IMG/VR virus record: IMGVR_UViG_3300028584_001240
DNA from: a virus
Lineage: Duplodnaviria > Heunggongvirae > Uroviricota > Caudoviricetes
Length of the DNA stretch: 64,000 nucleotides
Direction: 5' to 3' (one strand)
Shown here: piece after piece, positions 8,448-18,662 of the stretch
How positions within the stretch are numbered: the first letter of the stretch is position 1
Layout of the letters: each line of letters begins with the position of its first letter
Made by a program: the position numbers and the translations under genes
Notes under the pieces: generated by a model
Databases searched by the model: none
Told to the model about the DNA's origin: nothing
Seen by the model: only the letters and a program-made list of their open reading frames with translations

Positions 8448-10844
8448 ATGATAAATACAAACACAATTCTTTTGGCAAACAATTTTGTGCAAGCAACTCG
8501 CGTTGTTTCCGGCACACTTGCGAGCAAAGAAGAACTGTCTACTGTATTTGCCAACATGGTTCACTATGGCTGGACTCCATCCAGAGAAGTCATCGAAAAC
8601 CTTCAAACCTATTCAGCACAAGATCTGGAATCATTCTGGTTGGCTGTGGAACCTGCTTTCAAAGAGGTGACTGCTTCTGATCGTGATATGGATTCGGCTG
8701 TTGTTTACAAAAACTTCCCGAAAGAAGTGCTTGATAAATCTGAAGCTGAATACTGGTTCTGCCAAATTTTGATGTATGTTGGTTTTAGCCCAGACTATTT
8801 CGCTGATGACAAAGTAGAGCGTCCAGCTCTCAAAGATCAAAAGAACTTGAAAGTTCTGCACCTTGAAAAAGAAGACACCTTGAACAACATCAAGGAAACA
8901 CTTGTTCAATCTAAAAACCGTTGGAATGATCAACAAAAGGATTTCGCTAGCCAGCTATTTACTAACCACACACAAGAAACTATCAATTTGAGCGATTTCG
9001 GCTTCAAAGAGAACGGTATCGTAATTATCAAGCAAGCGATTGAAAGCGGTCTTAATTTCGCCATTAAAGATGCTACCGATGTCATGCGTTTGGCTGCAGC
9101 AATGTCTGATGCGGATGTTTCACTTCGCACCAAAGTAAAATTCAAAAAATTCACTCGTAAAGAGCGTAAAGCTTTGTTGTCTTTGTTGAACAAGTCTAAT
9201 AACTTGGCTGAAGATGTGGCTATGCGTCAACAAGACTGGAAGAAATTTATGTTCCAGCTTCACCCAAAAGATTACAACTTCCCGAAAGTAACGGCTGTCT
9301 ATGGCACTTTGTGCAATGGTGAGCTTAAAAGCTTCAACGCCAAGGTTGAAAACAAAGTGTTGACCAAAGATGACACAGTGTTTGATATGCTTTCAAACCG
9401 TCAAGGTGACTTGATGCGTCGTTTCCACAAGCTTTACGAAGTATTTGGTGAGAAAGCTGTGGATGCGATTGTGGCTAAGATTGATCAATTTGATACGTTG
9501 CAACTGTTGAAGTTGAAAAAGTATGTGACCACTATTAATGACCGTCAGCACTTCATCTATGCCCCAAAAGGTAACTGGACAAATGCTCACTTCATCCAAC
9601 GTGTAGAGAAAGATACATCCGTTGAAAAAGCATTCGTAGCACCTGTGAAAGCCGAAAAGATTAAAAAAGTAAAAGCAATTGATGTTGTGGAACCAGCCAT
9701 TATCGAAGTGGTGAAAACTGAGGTTGAGCAACCGGCTGTTACAGAAGTTAAATCTGGCATTCCATCCAGTGACGCCTTAGCGATGTTGATTGAAAAGTTC
9801 AAAGGTAATCTTGAGCCTGCTCCTGAGCCTATGTTTATTCCTTCACCAAAGCCTGTGTATCAACGTTATGTAGCACCTGAGAAAAAAGTCTACAAGCCGA
9901 TTAAAAATGGTAAAGTCATGTTGTCTGCTGAAGCGGTAGGAACTATCGTAACTGCTGTCAATACAGAGATTGCTAAACGTATGGAAGTTCTCTTTCCAAA
10001 AGGCGTTATGCTGGATAAAGCTACAAGCAAGATTAAGCTTCAAACCAATGATCAAAACCTTGCGGCTAATTATGGTCGTGGTACCGTGTTTGATATACCT
10101 GCAAATATCAATTTCATTCGAAGTGCAAGTTACTGGCAGATGAAAGATTCGGGTAACATCTGGTTTGATAATAGCTGGAACTTCTTTGATGAAAACTGGG
10201 GTTCAAAAGGTGCCTGCTGCTGGAATGCTGCTTATTCTTATACAGGTCAAGATACCTATTTGACACAAGAGGCTGGGGCTGTGTTCTCAGGTGATCCTGT
10301 TATCAGTCAAGATACGCAAGGTCGTGGTTGCCAGATGATTGACTTGTATATCGACAAACTGGTTAATTCTGGTGTGCGTTATGCTGTTTGGAATATCTTG
10401 TCATTCAATAGCCAACCTTTCGATGCGGCTGATGATTTAGTCGGTACCTTGCAAATGGGTGAAAACGCTGAGGAAGGTAATTTATACGAACCGAGTCGTG
10501 CTCAATTTGTATTTGAAGTAAAAGGTAAGAATTTGACCAAGTATGTGGCTTACCTCGACTTGGTTGAAAGGAAAGTAGTTTACATGGATGCTAACTTGTA
10601 TGGTCATGTGCATTCAGCCGAAACAAACGGTTCACTGCTTTCTGAGAGAATGCCAGCATTTGTTGAGTATTTGAACACATTGCCATCAGTGTTTGATTTG
10701 TTTGAAAGTGTTAAAGTCGGTGAAACCCCGATATTGAACGACGATACAGATGTAACAATTACCACTGATAGTGCTTATGTATTTACCAGTAGAAATACAG
10801 AAAACAGTTACGAAAAGATTGAAATCAACTCACTGCTAAAGTGA
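8448..10844 (+). CDS. Large helical protein with C-terminal TerD-like domain
   Basis: C-terminal region FSGDP...GCQMIDLYIDKL...GVRYAVWNILSF resembles TerD (HSGD...E.I.IDL..L); low-complexity P/E/K/V linker near aa 400-500; start refined to ATG 8448. Confidence 0.65.
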   Translation: MINTNTILLANNFVQATRVVSGTLASKEELSTVFANMVHYGWTPSREVIENLQTYSAQDLESFWLAVEPAFKEVTASDRDMDSAVVYKNFPKEVLDKSEAEYWFCQILMYVGFSPDYFADDKVERPALKDQKNLKVLHLEKEDTLNNIKETLVQSKNRWNDQQKDFASQLFTNHTQETINLSDFGFKENGIVIIKQAIESGLNFAIKDATDVMRLAAAMSDADVSLRTKVKFKKFTRKERKALLSLLNKSNNLAEDVAMRQQDWKKFMFQLHPKDYNFPKVTAVYGTLCNGELKSFNAKVENKVLTKDDTVFDMLSNRQGDLMRRFHKLYEVFGEKAVDAIVAKIDQFDTLQLLKLKKYVTTINDRQHFIYAPKGNWTNAHFIQRVEKDTSVEKAFVAPVKAEKIKKVKAIDVVEPAIIEVVKTEVEQPAVTEVKSGIPSSDALAMLIEKFKGNLEPAPEPMFIPSPKPVYQRYVAPEKKVYKPIKNGKVMLSAEAVGTIVTAVNTEIAKRMEVLFPKGVMLDKATSKIKLQTNDQNLAANYGRGTVFDIPANINFIRSASYWQMKDSGNIWFDNSWNFFDENWGSKGACCWNAAYSYTGQDTYLTQEAGAVFSGDPVISQDTQGRGCQMIDLYIDKLVNSGVRYAVWNILSFNSQPFDAADDLVGTLQMGENAEEGNLYEPSRAQFVFEVKGKNLTKYVAYLDLVERKVVYMDANLYGHVHSAETNGSLLSERMPAFVEYLNTLPSVFDLFESVKVGETPILNDDTDVTITTDSAYVFTSRNTENSYEKIEINSLLK

Positions 10845-10853
10845 GTTTTTTTT
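10827..10853 (+). terminator. Intrinsic terminator
   Basis: aactcac-tgctaaa-gtgagtt plus T-run overlapping the stop codon. Confidence 0.7.
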
Positions 10854-10884
10854 ATAAACAAATAAATTATACGACAGGTTAATT

Positions 10885-11529
10885 ATGAAGACAAAAATTA
10901 AAAAATTACTAAACTTGATAAAAAAGAATAATGGCCGAGGCGTTGCCGCATTTTTCAAGAAAGAAAAAGATCTTTTAAAACTGGATGACATTGTTAAAAT
11001 CAAGTTGCCTCATAACTTTGAATATTCTTTTCATGGTACAAAAATAGAGAAAGTAAAAGACAAAGAAAAATCTTTTATACTCAGAGGCTTTTATTATGAG
11101 AGCGATACCAATGATGGGGCCATTAAAATCAAGCTATCGTTAAATGAGCCATCAAAGATCTTTGATAAGATGAGTGAGAACGAATGGAAGGTAAGATGCC
11201 TAATTATGGACAAAGATTCTATTGGTATCATAGCCGATGATATTAACGGTAATCTGATTTCATTAGTTGAAACTAATAAGATTAAGAAAATCAAAGAGAA
11301 GAAACTAAAACAATTGTTACCAGAAGATAAGAAGACGGATCACTCAGAAGAGTTTCCTCATTGTCCTATGGCTGACATCAATAAGCCTAAATCGAATTTA
11401 TTAAAGATTAAATCAATTGTAGAAGAACAAGAAAAAGAAGCCAAAGATAATCTGGTTATCAAACCACTAAGAAAGGCTCCTGTTAGGCGAGCAGTATCAA
11501 AAAATATGCAAAAAGAAACCCCCAACTAA
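10885..11529 (+). CDS. Basic hypothetical protein
   Basis: 214-aa ORF with AGG RBS and downstream terminator. Confidence 0.65.
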   Translation: MKTKIKKLLNLIKKNNGRGVAAFFKKEKDLLKLDDIVKIKLPHNFEYSFHGTKIEKVKDKEKSFILRGFYYESDTNDGAIKIKLSLNEPSKIFDKMSENEWKVRCLIMDKDSIGIIADDINGNLISLVETNKIKKIKEKKLKQLLPEDKKTDHSEEFPHCPMADINKPKSNLLKIKSIVEEQEKEAKDNLVIKPLRKAPVRRAVSKNMQKETPN

Positions 11530-11615
11530 GGGGTTTTTTATTATGTTAATGAAAAAAATCATTGATAAAAACATTACAATATGATAAAGTCTCATGATAA
11601 TTAAGGGGCCATAAC

Positions 11616-12890
11616 ATGAAAGAAAAACATTATGCATTAGCCATTGATACGACCCAATACACAGGTAACTTTCATCGTGAAATGTCGGCTTATGTAACCG
11701 GAAAGGTTGTTGATTCTTACAGGGGGTATGCATTTGCAAAGCAGGCTCATGGTAAAGTTAAACATCAAGAATGGCTTCATAAACATTTTGTTGAAAAAAT
11801 GGTGCGGTATGATGATATCACGAGATTTACCTATTCTGACATTTTTCAAAGACCTTATGCAGAATTACCAACAGACTTTTTATATCGCTGTCATACGAGC
11901 TATAATTCTATAGTTTTTTTCTTTGATGAAAATCCACCTTTAAAAGTTGTTAATGAGTTAGTAGAGAGATCTAAAGAATTTGCTGCTAATTTAAAGAGTG
12001 TTTATCAAGCGGCTGGACAATCGCACTCAATGGAACGAACATCCAGTGATTTTGCAGGTTACTACTCAAACTTAAAAGACACCTCGAAAACACTTGATAT
12101 TGTTGATGTTCGTTTTTTTGAAGTGCCCACATCGAATAAACTATTCAACGCTTCTACATCGAAATCTGATCCATTTGTTCCAATTGAACATGAATTTTCA
12201 TTTACCAGAACTGAAGAAAGTTTCATGAAAGAGCATAAATTAAAAAAAGCAACAACATCTGATGAGGTTTTGGCTTATACTTCTAATTTGAAAAAACTAG
12301 CTAAAAAAGAACGTACACTGGTGAGTGCTTATTTAAATAATTCCGTTGACGAATATAAAGGTAGAATTAATGAAGTAATGTTCTTGCTATATAAAATTGA
12401 TTATTTTTTAAATGATGGATTAACAATGGATGAACTAAATATTCACTATAAAGAATTCGGAGCTAAACTAGTCGCTCTGAAGGGTAAATGTGATCTTACA
12501 AAAAACATGTATGCACTACCTTACAACGGTGTGCAATATGCTATTAAACAAGAACCTAAAAATCATGAAATCAAAGAAAGACTTGATAAATATGAATTTG
12601 TAGTTAATGAACATCATAAAAAAATCAAAGAAGTAGTTGTTCACCTTGAATCCAAGGGGCTTAAAGATATTTGGGTGCATAATTATGTTAATGGTAGTAT
12701 AGAAGCTATTTTTGGTAATAGCACTGGCGTATTAGCGGTTTTAGAATTAGGTCGAGTGAAAAGTGTTTACGGCTTTGATAGGCCGGTTAAAATTCAAAAA
12801 GTATTAAATTTAATTGTTAGTAAAAAAATACAAGAGAAATACTTTGCTGATCATGACATTGATAATATTAGATTAAAAAATAAACAATAA
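11616..12890 (+). CDS. Hypothetical protein
   Basis: 424-aa ORF, GGGG RBS, own promoter. Confidence 0.7.
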   Translation: MKEKHYALAIDTTQYTGNFHREMSAYVTGKVVDSYRGYAFAKQAHGKVKHQEWLHKHFVEKMVRYDDITRFTYSDIFQRPYAELPTDFLYRCHTSYNSIVFFFDENPPLKVVNELVERSKEFAANLKSVYQAAGQSHSMERTSSDFAGYYSNLKDTSKTLDIVDVRFFEVPTSNKLFNASTSKSDPFVPIEHEFSFTRTEESFMKEHKLKKATTSDEVLAYTSNLKKLAKKERTLVSAYLNNSVDEYKGRINEVMFLLYKIDYFLNDGLTMDELNIHYKEFGAKLVALKGKCDLTKNMYALPYNGVQYAIKQEPKNHEIKERLDKYEFVVNEHHKKIKEVVVHLESKGLKDIWVHNYVNGSIEAIFGNSTGVLAVLELGRVKSVYGFDRPVKIQKVLNLIVSKKIQEKYFADHDIDNIRLKNKQ

Positions 12891-12912
12891 AAAAGTCCTT
12901 CGGGACTTTTTT
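12889..12912. terminator. Bidirectional terminator, cUUCGg loop
   Basis: aaaaagtcc-ttcg-ggacttttt. Confidence 0.85.
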
Positions 12913-12920
12913 GTTATCTA

Positions 12921-13682
12921 CTAAATAGTTTGCATTTCAATCAATTGGATTTCTCTTCGAACGTCTATAATGGGTTTATTCAATTTTTTACCAAGGTAGA
13001 GTACAAATAATTGACGTATTGATAACATATCAAATGAAGAATCATCAGTAAAATACCAACTAGATGAATCTTTGCTATCAAAGCTAAATGAAACCTTATT
13101 AATATCAATCCAAATAGATACACCAGCACTGAGAGAAAGAAGTTGAATTTCATTTGCCCCATTATTTAAAAAATTTAAGTCAAAGAAGGAAAATTTAACA
13201 CTTTCTTCAAAAAGTGAACGCTTAGAAAACACTTCTTTTAATTTACCCTCATAAAATAAGGCTTGATCAACGATATTAATGTTACTAACCATCGTATGCT
13301 GACTTAGATCTGTATAATTAATCCGCTGACCATGCCTGATATTAATATCAATCAGATGATCCAGTGTTCTAGCAATACGTTGAAAATTAAAATCTTCCCG
13401 AAGATCTATACTAAACATGACTAGACCGTTAATGAAGGGGTAAAGAGATTTAAATTCAAAATCAAGTATATGCCCTGTAATAGATACATTGAATATAACT
13501 TTGAAATCCTCCCCATAAACCATAACATCATCAACAATCATATTAATATATTGAATCATTTTAGAATGGTCAAAAGAAGTATGATTACCTTTAATAATGG
13601 AGATATATTTTAACTCACTAAGGTTTAACTCATAACTTCGAGCACTTTCAATTTCTATTTTTTTATTAGAATTTTCTACCAT
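12921..13682 (-). CDS. DD/YPF-repeat family paralog (1 unit), C-terminal LxxMxxI
   Basis: MIVDDVM...LYPF; ends REIQLIEMQTI. Confidence 0.75.
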   Translation of the reverse strand: MVENSNKKIEIESARSYELNLSELKYISIIKGNHTSFDHSKMIQYINMIVDDVMVYGEDFKVIFNVSITGHILDFEFKSLYPFINGLVMFSIDLREDFNFQRIARTLDHLIDINIRHGQRINYTDLSQHTMVSNINIVDQALFYEGKLKEVFSKRSLFEESVKFSFFDLNFLNNGANEIQLLSLSAGVSIWIDINKVSFSFDSKDSSSWYFTDDSSFDMLSIRQLFVLYLGKKLNKPIIDVRREIQLIEMQTI

Positions 13683-14710
13683 TAAATATGCTCCATTTCA
13701 ATTAGTTGTATTTCTCTTTTCAAGTCTAATATTTTTTTATCCAATTTCTTTTCAAGGTAAATTATAAACATTTTTCGAATGATAGAAACATCAGATGCCT
13801 CATCATCTGTAAATGTCCAAGAGAATTTATCATAATCACTAAATCCAATGAAAATATAATTAGACTCAATTTCAATAGTCATGTCTGTTTCTGATGAGTG
13901 AAGTGTTAGTTCTAAGAAACTCCTATTTTTCACTTCAAAATCAAAGAAAGAAAATTTTTCTTTCGTCTTGTAAATTGAACGATTAAGATAAACATCCTTT
14001 AATCTGCCATCATAACCCAGAGCCTTTTCAATAATATCAATACGGTTTAAAAACTTTTTTCCAACATCTAAGCTTACATAATAATTAACACGTTCAAGAT
14101 AAATATGATGTTTTCTAAGTTCATCCAATTGACTTGATATGTTATTAATATCAACTGGCTTGTTTAAATCGAACTTAAGTTCAATATAAGAACCAACAAA
14201 AGGATATGATTTCGTCATTTCAATAGTAAACATATTATTATTAACGCTAAGACTAAACTCAGTTTCAAAGTGCTCACCAAAAACCAATATGTCATCAACA
14301 ATCATACTTAAATATGCTGATATTTTCTGATTGGCTTCAATGCCAACAAATAAAACTTTTTGATATCTTAATTCATCTATCTCACATAAATATCGGGCAT
14401 TGTTCATCACGAGATCTTCTTCATTAAGATTTTCTAATACATTATTTTCATTGAATGGCTCATCAAGGTTAAAAGTTGCCATGAATGGAAATTTATCACA
14501 CAAATGGATGGTCATGAGATTAAGATCAATCGTAATGCAATACTGAATTTTGACATCTTTTATCTGTAACAGAGCCGAATCTACCAGAAGGTTAAGATAT
14601 CGTCCAATGTTTTCATTGTAATTGTTAGTATCATCAAAAAATTTCAAATTTTTTAACTCTGATATTAGTCCGTTAACCTTAGTTCCGCTTAAAATATACT
14701 TATCTGGCAT
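13682..14710 (-). CDS. DD/YPF-repeat family paralog (2 units), C-terminal LxxMxxI
   Basis: LLVDSAL...FPF and MIVDDIL...SYPF; ends REIQLIEMEHI; 1-nt stop/start overlap. Confidence 0.75.
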   Translation of the reverse strand: MPDKYILSGTKVNGLISELKNLKFFDDTNNYNENIGRYLNLLVDSALLQIKDVKIQYCITIDLNLMTIHLCDKFPFMATFNLDEPFNENNVLENLNEEDLVMNNARYLCEIDELRYQKVLFVGIEANQKISAYLSMIVDDILVFGEHFETEFSLSVNNNMFTIEMTKSYPFVGSYIELKFDLNKPVDINNISSQLDELRKHHIYLERVNYYVSLDVGKKFLNRIDIIEKALGYDGRLKDVYLNRSIYKTKEKFSFFDFEVKNRSFLELTLHSSETDMTIEIESNYIFIGFSDYDKFSWTFTDDEASDVSIIRKMFIIYLEKKLDKKILDLKREIQLIEMEHI

Positions 14711-15774
14711 TAAATAGACTCCATTTCAAGTAATTTTATTTCTCTTGCTAAATCTGTTATTTTATATCCAAGCCATTTTTCAAGATAAATAATAAAAAAT
14801 TGACTAACCATTAACGTATCATGTTCTATACAGTCCGTTCTGATCCATGTAAAACTATCTTTTTTACCAAAAAGAAAAGTAAGGCTAGATTGGCTAATCT
14901 GAATATCTAAAGCGAGGTCACCTTTAGATACCATTTCTAACGATAAGTGATGTCTTTTATGATCAATAGAAAGAAATGAAATTTCATTAATCGGTTTTAC
15001 AATAGAATTATTATAGTAAAGACTTGTTAATTGATTGCCAATCCCTAAAACATTTTCTAAAATTTTAATAGTTTCTAAAAATTTTAAACCATCTTTGATT
15101 AAAACAAAAAAGTTAGTTTTTGGATCTTTTAATTGTTCTTGAGCATAAACATTCAATTGTTCAACTATCAAAAGACTATTAAATTCTTGTTCAAAATCAA
15201 TTGTAAAACTAAGAAAGTCTGTCTCAAAAAAAGGATAAGCATTAGACAATAGCAAATCACACCTTGTTTCATGAAATGCAATATTATAATAAATTTTATT
15301 ATCTTCAACAAATGGCAAAACATCATCGGCAATAAATGATAAATACTCAGATAGCTTTTTATTCAATGCTTCAGTAATAAACAATACTTGCGTTTGCCTA
15401 AATTCATTTAAGGTGCCATCTCTCCCATTGCCACTCAGTACTAAATTAGTATTGTTCAAATAATCCAGCACACAAGACTTATTAAATGGCTGAGACAAAT
15501 CAAATCTTCCTATAAACGGATAAGCAGTACCAATACTTATATCGACAATATCATCATTAATATCCATCCTAATTTCTATTTTGAAGTCCGGTTTATTGTT
15601 AGACAAAGCATTATCAACTAACAAGCTTAAATACCTATTTAATAATGTTTTTTTATGTTCATCTTTTAATTTTTTAAATGTGGTTCTTTTTAAGTCTGTC
15701 ATCGAACACATGTAAAAATTATCGGCATTAAGCCAATGGGTATATTCAGTCATATCAAATGGTTTCCATTTCAA
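14710..15774 (-). CDS. DD/YPF-repeat family paralog (2 units), C-terminal LxxMxxI
   Basis: LLVDNAL...AYPF and FIADDVL...AYPF; ends REIKLLEMESI. Confidence 0.75.
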   Translation of the reverse strand: MKWKPFDMTEYTHWLNADNFYMCSMTDLKRTTFKKLKDEHKKTLLNRYLSLLVDNALSNNKPDFKIEIRMDINDDIVDISIGTAYPFIGRFDLSQPFNKSCVLDYLNNTNLVLSGNGRDGTLNEFRQTQVLFITEALNKKLSEYLSFIADDVLPFVEDNKIYYNIAFHETRCDLLLSNAYPFFETDFLSFTIDFEQEFNSLLIVEQLNVYAQEQLKDPKTNFFVLIKDGLKFLETIKILENVLGIGNQLTSLYYNNSIVKPINEISFLSIDHKRHHLSLEMVSKGDLALDIQISQSSLTFLFGKKDSFTWIRTDCIEHDTLMVSQFFIIYLEKWLGYKITDLAREIKLLEMESI

Positions 15775-16594
15775 TCAACAAAAGTTCACTTTTCAAATCA
15801 TGAATATCGTGATCTTTCTTTTTTTCAATAAACATTTTAATAAACATCTGCAACATATTAAAATCACGTTCAAAATTAGTCGTTGTTGTAAAAGTAAATG
15901 TATTATCCTTATCAAACGTAAATTTCACACCATCATTTTCAATTCTAATATCAAGGTAAGCGGAATTAACAAAAAGATCAGGTTCTCTTGTTCCCTGCAT
16001 CGTGAAGGTAAAGGATGATGAATCAATTCTTATATCATTGCCTGTGTATATGTTGTTATCATGAAAAGTCTTAACCAGTTGATTTTCAAAATAGAGTGCC
16101 TTATCAACAAGGCGAACATTACGCATCAGCCCACAACCATACTCAATAGTCATAGGTGGATAATCACTCAACATCAATTCATGATCATAACCAAAACTAC
16201 AGTCAATGTATTTCACAATATCATCTTTGTCATCCCAATGTTCCCTATCATCAGTGTCAAGATTAGAAAGTGCTCTCGCTAAACTTTGAATACTTGCTTT
16301 TTCTTTCAAATCAAAACAAAGAAAAATACAATCATCATAATAAGGATATGATTTTTCTAACATGATACTCATAAACATGTCATTAGGACTCATTGAAATT
16401 TCGACATCTAACTCAAAATCACCATTATAAATTAAAAGATCGTCAACAAGAAGATCAAAATAGGCTAACATCCTATTATTTTTTTGCTTGCTGATTCCTT
16501 CAATATTTACTCGACGTAAATGGGTTAACATAACAGTATAGTTATCATGATTGGAAAGCATAATAAGTTCGTCATCTTCTTTCGATTTAGCCAT
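15755..16594 (-). CDS. DD/YPF-repeat family paralog, C-terminal LxxMxxI
   Basis: LLVDDLL...SYPY; ends LLIEMETI. Confidence 0.75.
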   Translation of the reverse strand: MAKSKEDDELIMLSNHDNYTVMLTHLRRVNIEGISKQKNNRMLAYFDLLVDDLLIYNGDFELDVEISMSPNDMFMSIMLEKSYPYYDDCIFLCFDLKEKASIQSLARALSNLDTDDREHWDDKDDIVKYIDCSFGYDHELMLSDYPPMTIEYGCGLMRNVRLVDKALYFENQLVKTFHDNNIYTGNDIRIDSSSFTFTMQGTREPDLFVNSAYLDIRIENDGVKFTFDKDNTFTFTTTTNFERDFNMLQMFIKMFIEKKKDHDIHDLKSELLLIEMETI

Positions 16595-16719
16595 GTAAAA
16601 AGCCTCTAAAATAATGGCTTATTGTAGCATATCAAAACAATTAAATATACTTAATTTTTAATGAAGTCATAAAATTTATCGTAAAAATAAAGTATAAGTA
16701 ATACCGACAATAATATCAG

Positions 16720-17562
16720 TTATATGGCTATCATTTCCTGAAGTTTAATCCAGCGGGGTAAGTCATCATGGTCTGTATCATGTTGAATGTTGTAAAAACT
16801 TAAAAAGAATTGAGTAAATTTTTTAATATTAAAGTCTAGCGGATGTTTTTTATTCAAATTAAAATCCATCGAATCATATAAATATTCAAATCTAATCGTG
16901 TTATTGATAACTTTAATATAGAAATCATGATTAGTGAGTGTCAACTCAATATTATTTGAATTAAAGTTTCTAAACTCAAATATTGAGAACTCATCTTCTT
17001 CTGAAAATGGCTTTACATAGTAAATATTATTTTTAACCCGTTTGTACAGTGCTCCATCATAGCCTAGTGCCTGATCGATAATATCAAACACATAAAAAGT
17101 ATCCAATGCATTGACGTGAATAAACTGTTCCATTAAACCAGTTTTCGATTCTCTCTCATCATCATCATTAAATTTATACCAACCATCAGCTTTTAATTCA
17201 TCAAGGAATGTCGCCAACAATGTTGGCGTAATTAAATCTACTGGTAGAGTTAGATTTAAAAGAAAATAGACTCGATTCAATGATTTATTTATCTTAATAG
17301 GATGAGCATTGTTTAAAAATTCTAAAAAAGGATAAGAATAGTCTAGACATATAGAAAATACATCATCAACAATTTCTATAAAAGCATAAGTTTTCACATC
17401 ATCACGCATACACAAAATATCATCAGAAAGAATCGTTAAAAAACGAGAAATTTTTAAATTGTGTTCATCCTGAACGCCGATGATTCCAGCATTTTTTAAA
17501 TCAGATAACTTTATTAATTGCCTACCAGTTTTCAACTGATAAGGCAGATTTTCATTGAACAT
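16720..17562 (-). CDS. DD/YPF-repeat family paralog, C-terminal LxxMxxI
   Basis: ILSDDIL...SYPF; ends KLQEMIAI. Confidence 0.75.
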   Translation of the reverse strand: MFNENLPYQLKTGRQLIKLSDLKNAGIIGVQDEHNLKISRFLTILSDDILCMRDDVKTYAFIEIVDDVFSICLDYSYPFLEFLNNAHPIKINKSLNRVYFLLNLTLPVDLITPTLLATFLDELKADGWYKFNDDDERESKTGLMEQFIHVNALDTFYVFDIIDQALGYDGALYKRVKNNIYYVKPFSEEDEFSIFEFRNFNSNNIELTLTNHDFYIKVINNTIRFEYLYDSMDFNLNKKHPLDFNIKKFTQFFLSFYNIQHDTDHDDLPRWIKLQEMIAI

Positions 17563-17623
17563 CGAACCTCTCCATTATGTAAACACTTTAACAGTTTAAA
17601 ATCATTAAATCAAGAAAAAACGC

Positions 17624-17652
17624 TTGACTTTTTAGTTCGAATGTCATACTAT
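17624..17652 (+). promoter_or_regulatory. sigma70 promoter of ncRNA locus A
   Basis: TTGACT (17624-29), 17 nt, TACTAT (17647-52); A-tract upstream. Confidence 0.8.
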
Positions 17653-17658
17653 ATACAA

Positions 17659-17844
17659 ACGGTAAGGCTATGAAGTTGGTTCCTTCTAACTCATTCTAAG
17701 ATTCACCATTTCGATTTCCATACCAACTATTTCACCGAGGCTAGCATTAAGGTTCCTTCTAACTTAACTTGTAAATATTAAACTGATTAAACCTTGTCAA
17801 TTCCCTCAAATAAAACAAACTTGTAGCGATACAGGTTTTTTTTT
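17659..17844 (+). ncRNA. Novel structured ncRNA locus A (two tandem hairpin units)
   Basis: No ORF; AGGCTA-N7-GGTTCCTTCTAAC at 17665 and 17738 (73-nt period); bounded by a promoter and a GNRA-loop terminator; 5' end estimated. Confidence 0.75.
17817..17844 (+). terminator. Intrinsic terminator of ncRNA A
   Basis: aaacttgta-gcga-tacaggttt plus T-run. Confidence 0.8.
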
Positions 17845-17875
17845 GCCTAAAATAAATCAACAAAAAAAATGAAGA

Positions 17876-18646
17876 CTAAATAGCCTTCATTCTAATCAAT
17901 AGCAATAAATTTTTCATAGTGTCAGCTTCTGTCATTAACTCCATATTATACATATCTATAATAAGTTTTGCTAAGTTATCTTTTTTCTCCTGATAACTCC
18001 GTCTACTCTGCTTGGATATAGTCAAAATAGCGGAACCACCCATAATAGCAAAAGAAAATTCATCAGGTGAGATGCTGACCAGAAGATCTCCAAATTGAAT
18101 TTTTAACAGAGGGTGTTCACCACAATGTGCAAAAGAATTAAATGAATCGAATTTGACTTCTCGTGCCCCTAATGTAAAATCAATGTCTTGATAAAACGAA
18201 TAAAATTTGCCATCAAATTCAAATAAGTTGTCAATAAATCTAATATTTTCAAAGAAAGACCTAAAATCAACAAGAGTCAAATAACTTCCATAGGTTCGAT
18301 ATCTATCATTTTGATAAATTAAATCGTTCACATAATGATTAAGAGCCTTATTTTTAATTAAAGGTTCACATAATTCAAGATTAAAAGATGATTGTATTAA
18401 AAATGGATAAGAAGCGTCCATTTCAATCAAGAAACCTGATTGACGAATATAAAAATTCATACTGGTTTTAAAGTCTTCTGAGATTGACAATATATCGTTC
18501 GCTAACGCACGAACAGCTTCAATTAAAAACTGTTTGTCAATGACTGATAGTAGTTCACTGGCAAATGTCGTATCAACCTCAAATTTAGCCAAATCGCTAA
18601 TGTTAAATTGAACAGCCAGTAGAGGTGAATCATTTGTTAAAAGCAT
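17876..18646 (-). CDS. DD/YPF-repeat family paralog, C-terminal LxxMxxI
   Basis: ALANDIL...SYPF; ends LLIRMKAI. Confidence 0.75.
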   Translation of the reverse strand: MLLTNDSPLLAVQFNISDLAKFEVDTTFASELLSVIDKQFLIEAVRALANDILSISEDFKTSMNFYIRQSGFLIEMDASYPFLIQSSFNLELCEPLIKNKALNHYVNDLIYQNDRYRTYGSYLTLVDFRSFFENIRFIDNLFEFDGKFYSFYQDIDFTLGAREVKFDSFNSFAHCGEHPLLKIQFGDLLVSISPDEFSFAIMGGSAILTISKQSRRSYQEKKDNLAKLIIDMYNMELMTEADTMKNLLLLIRMKAI

Positions 18647-18662
18647 ATAATCACCTTATACG

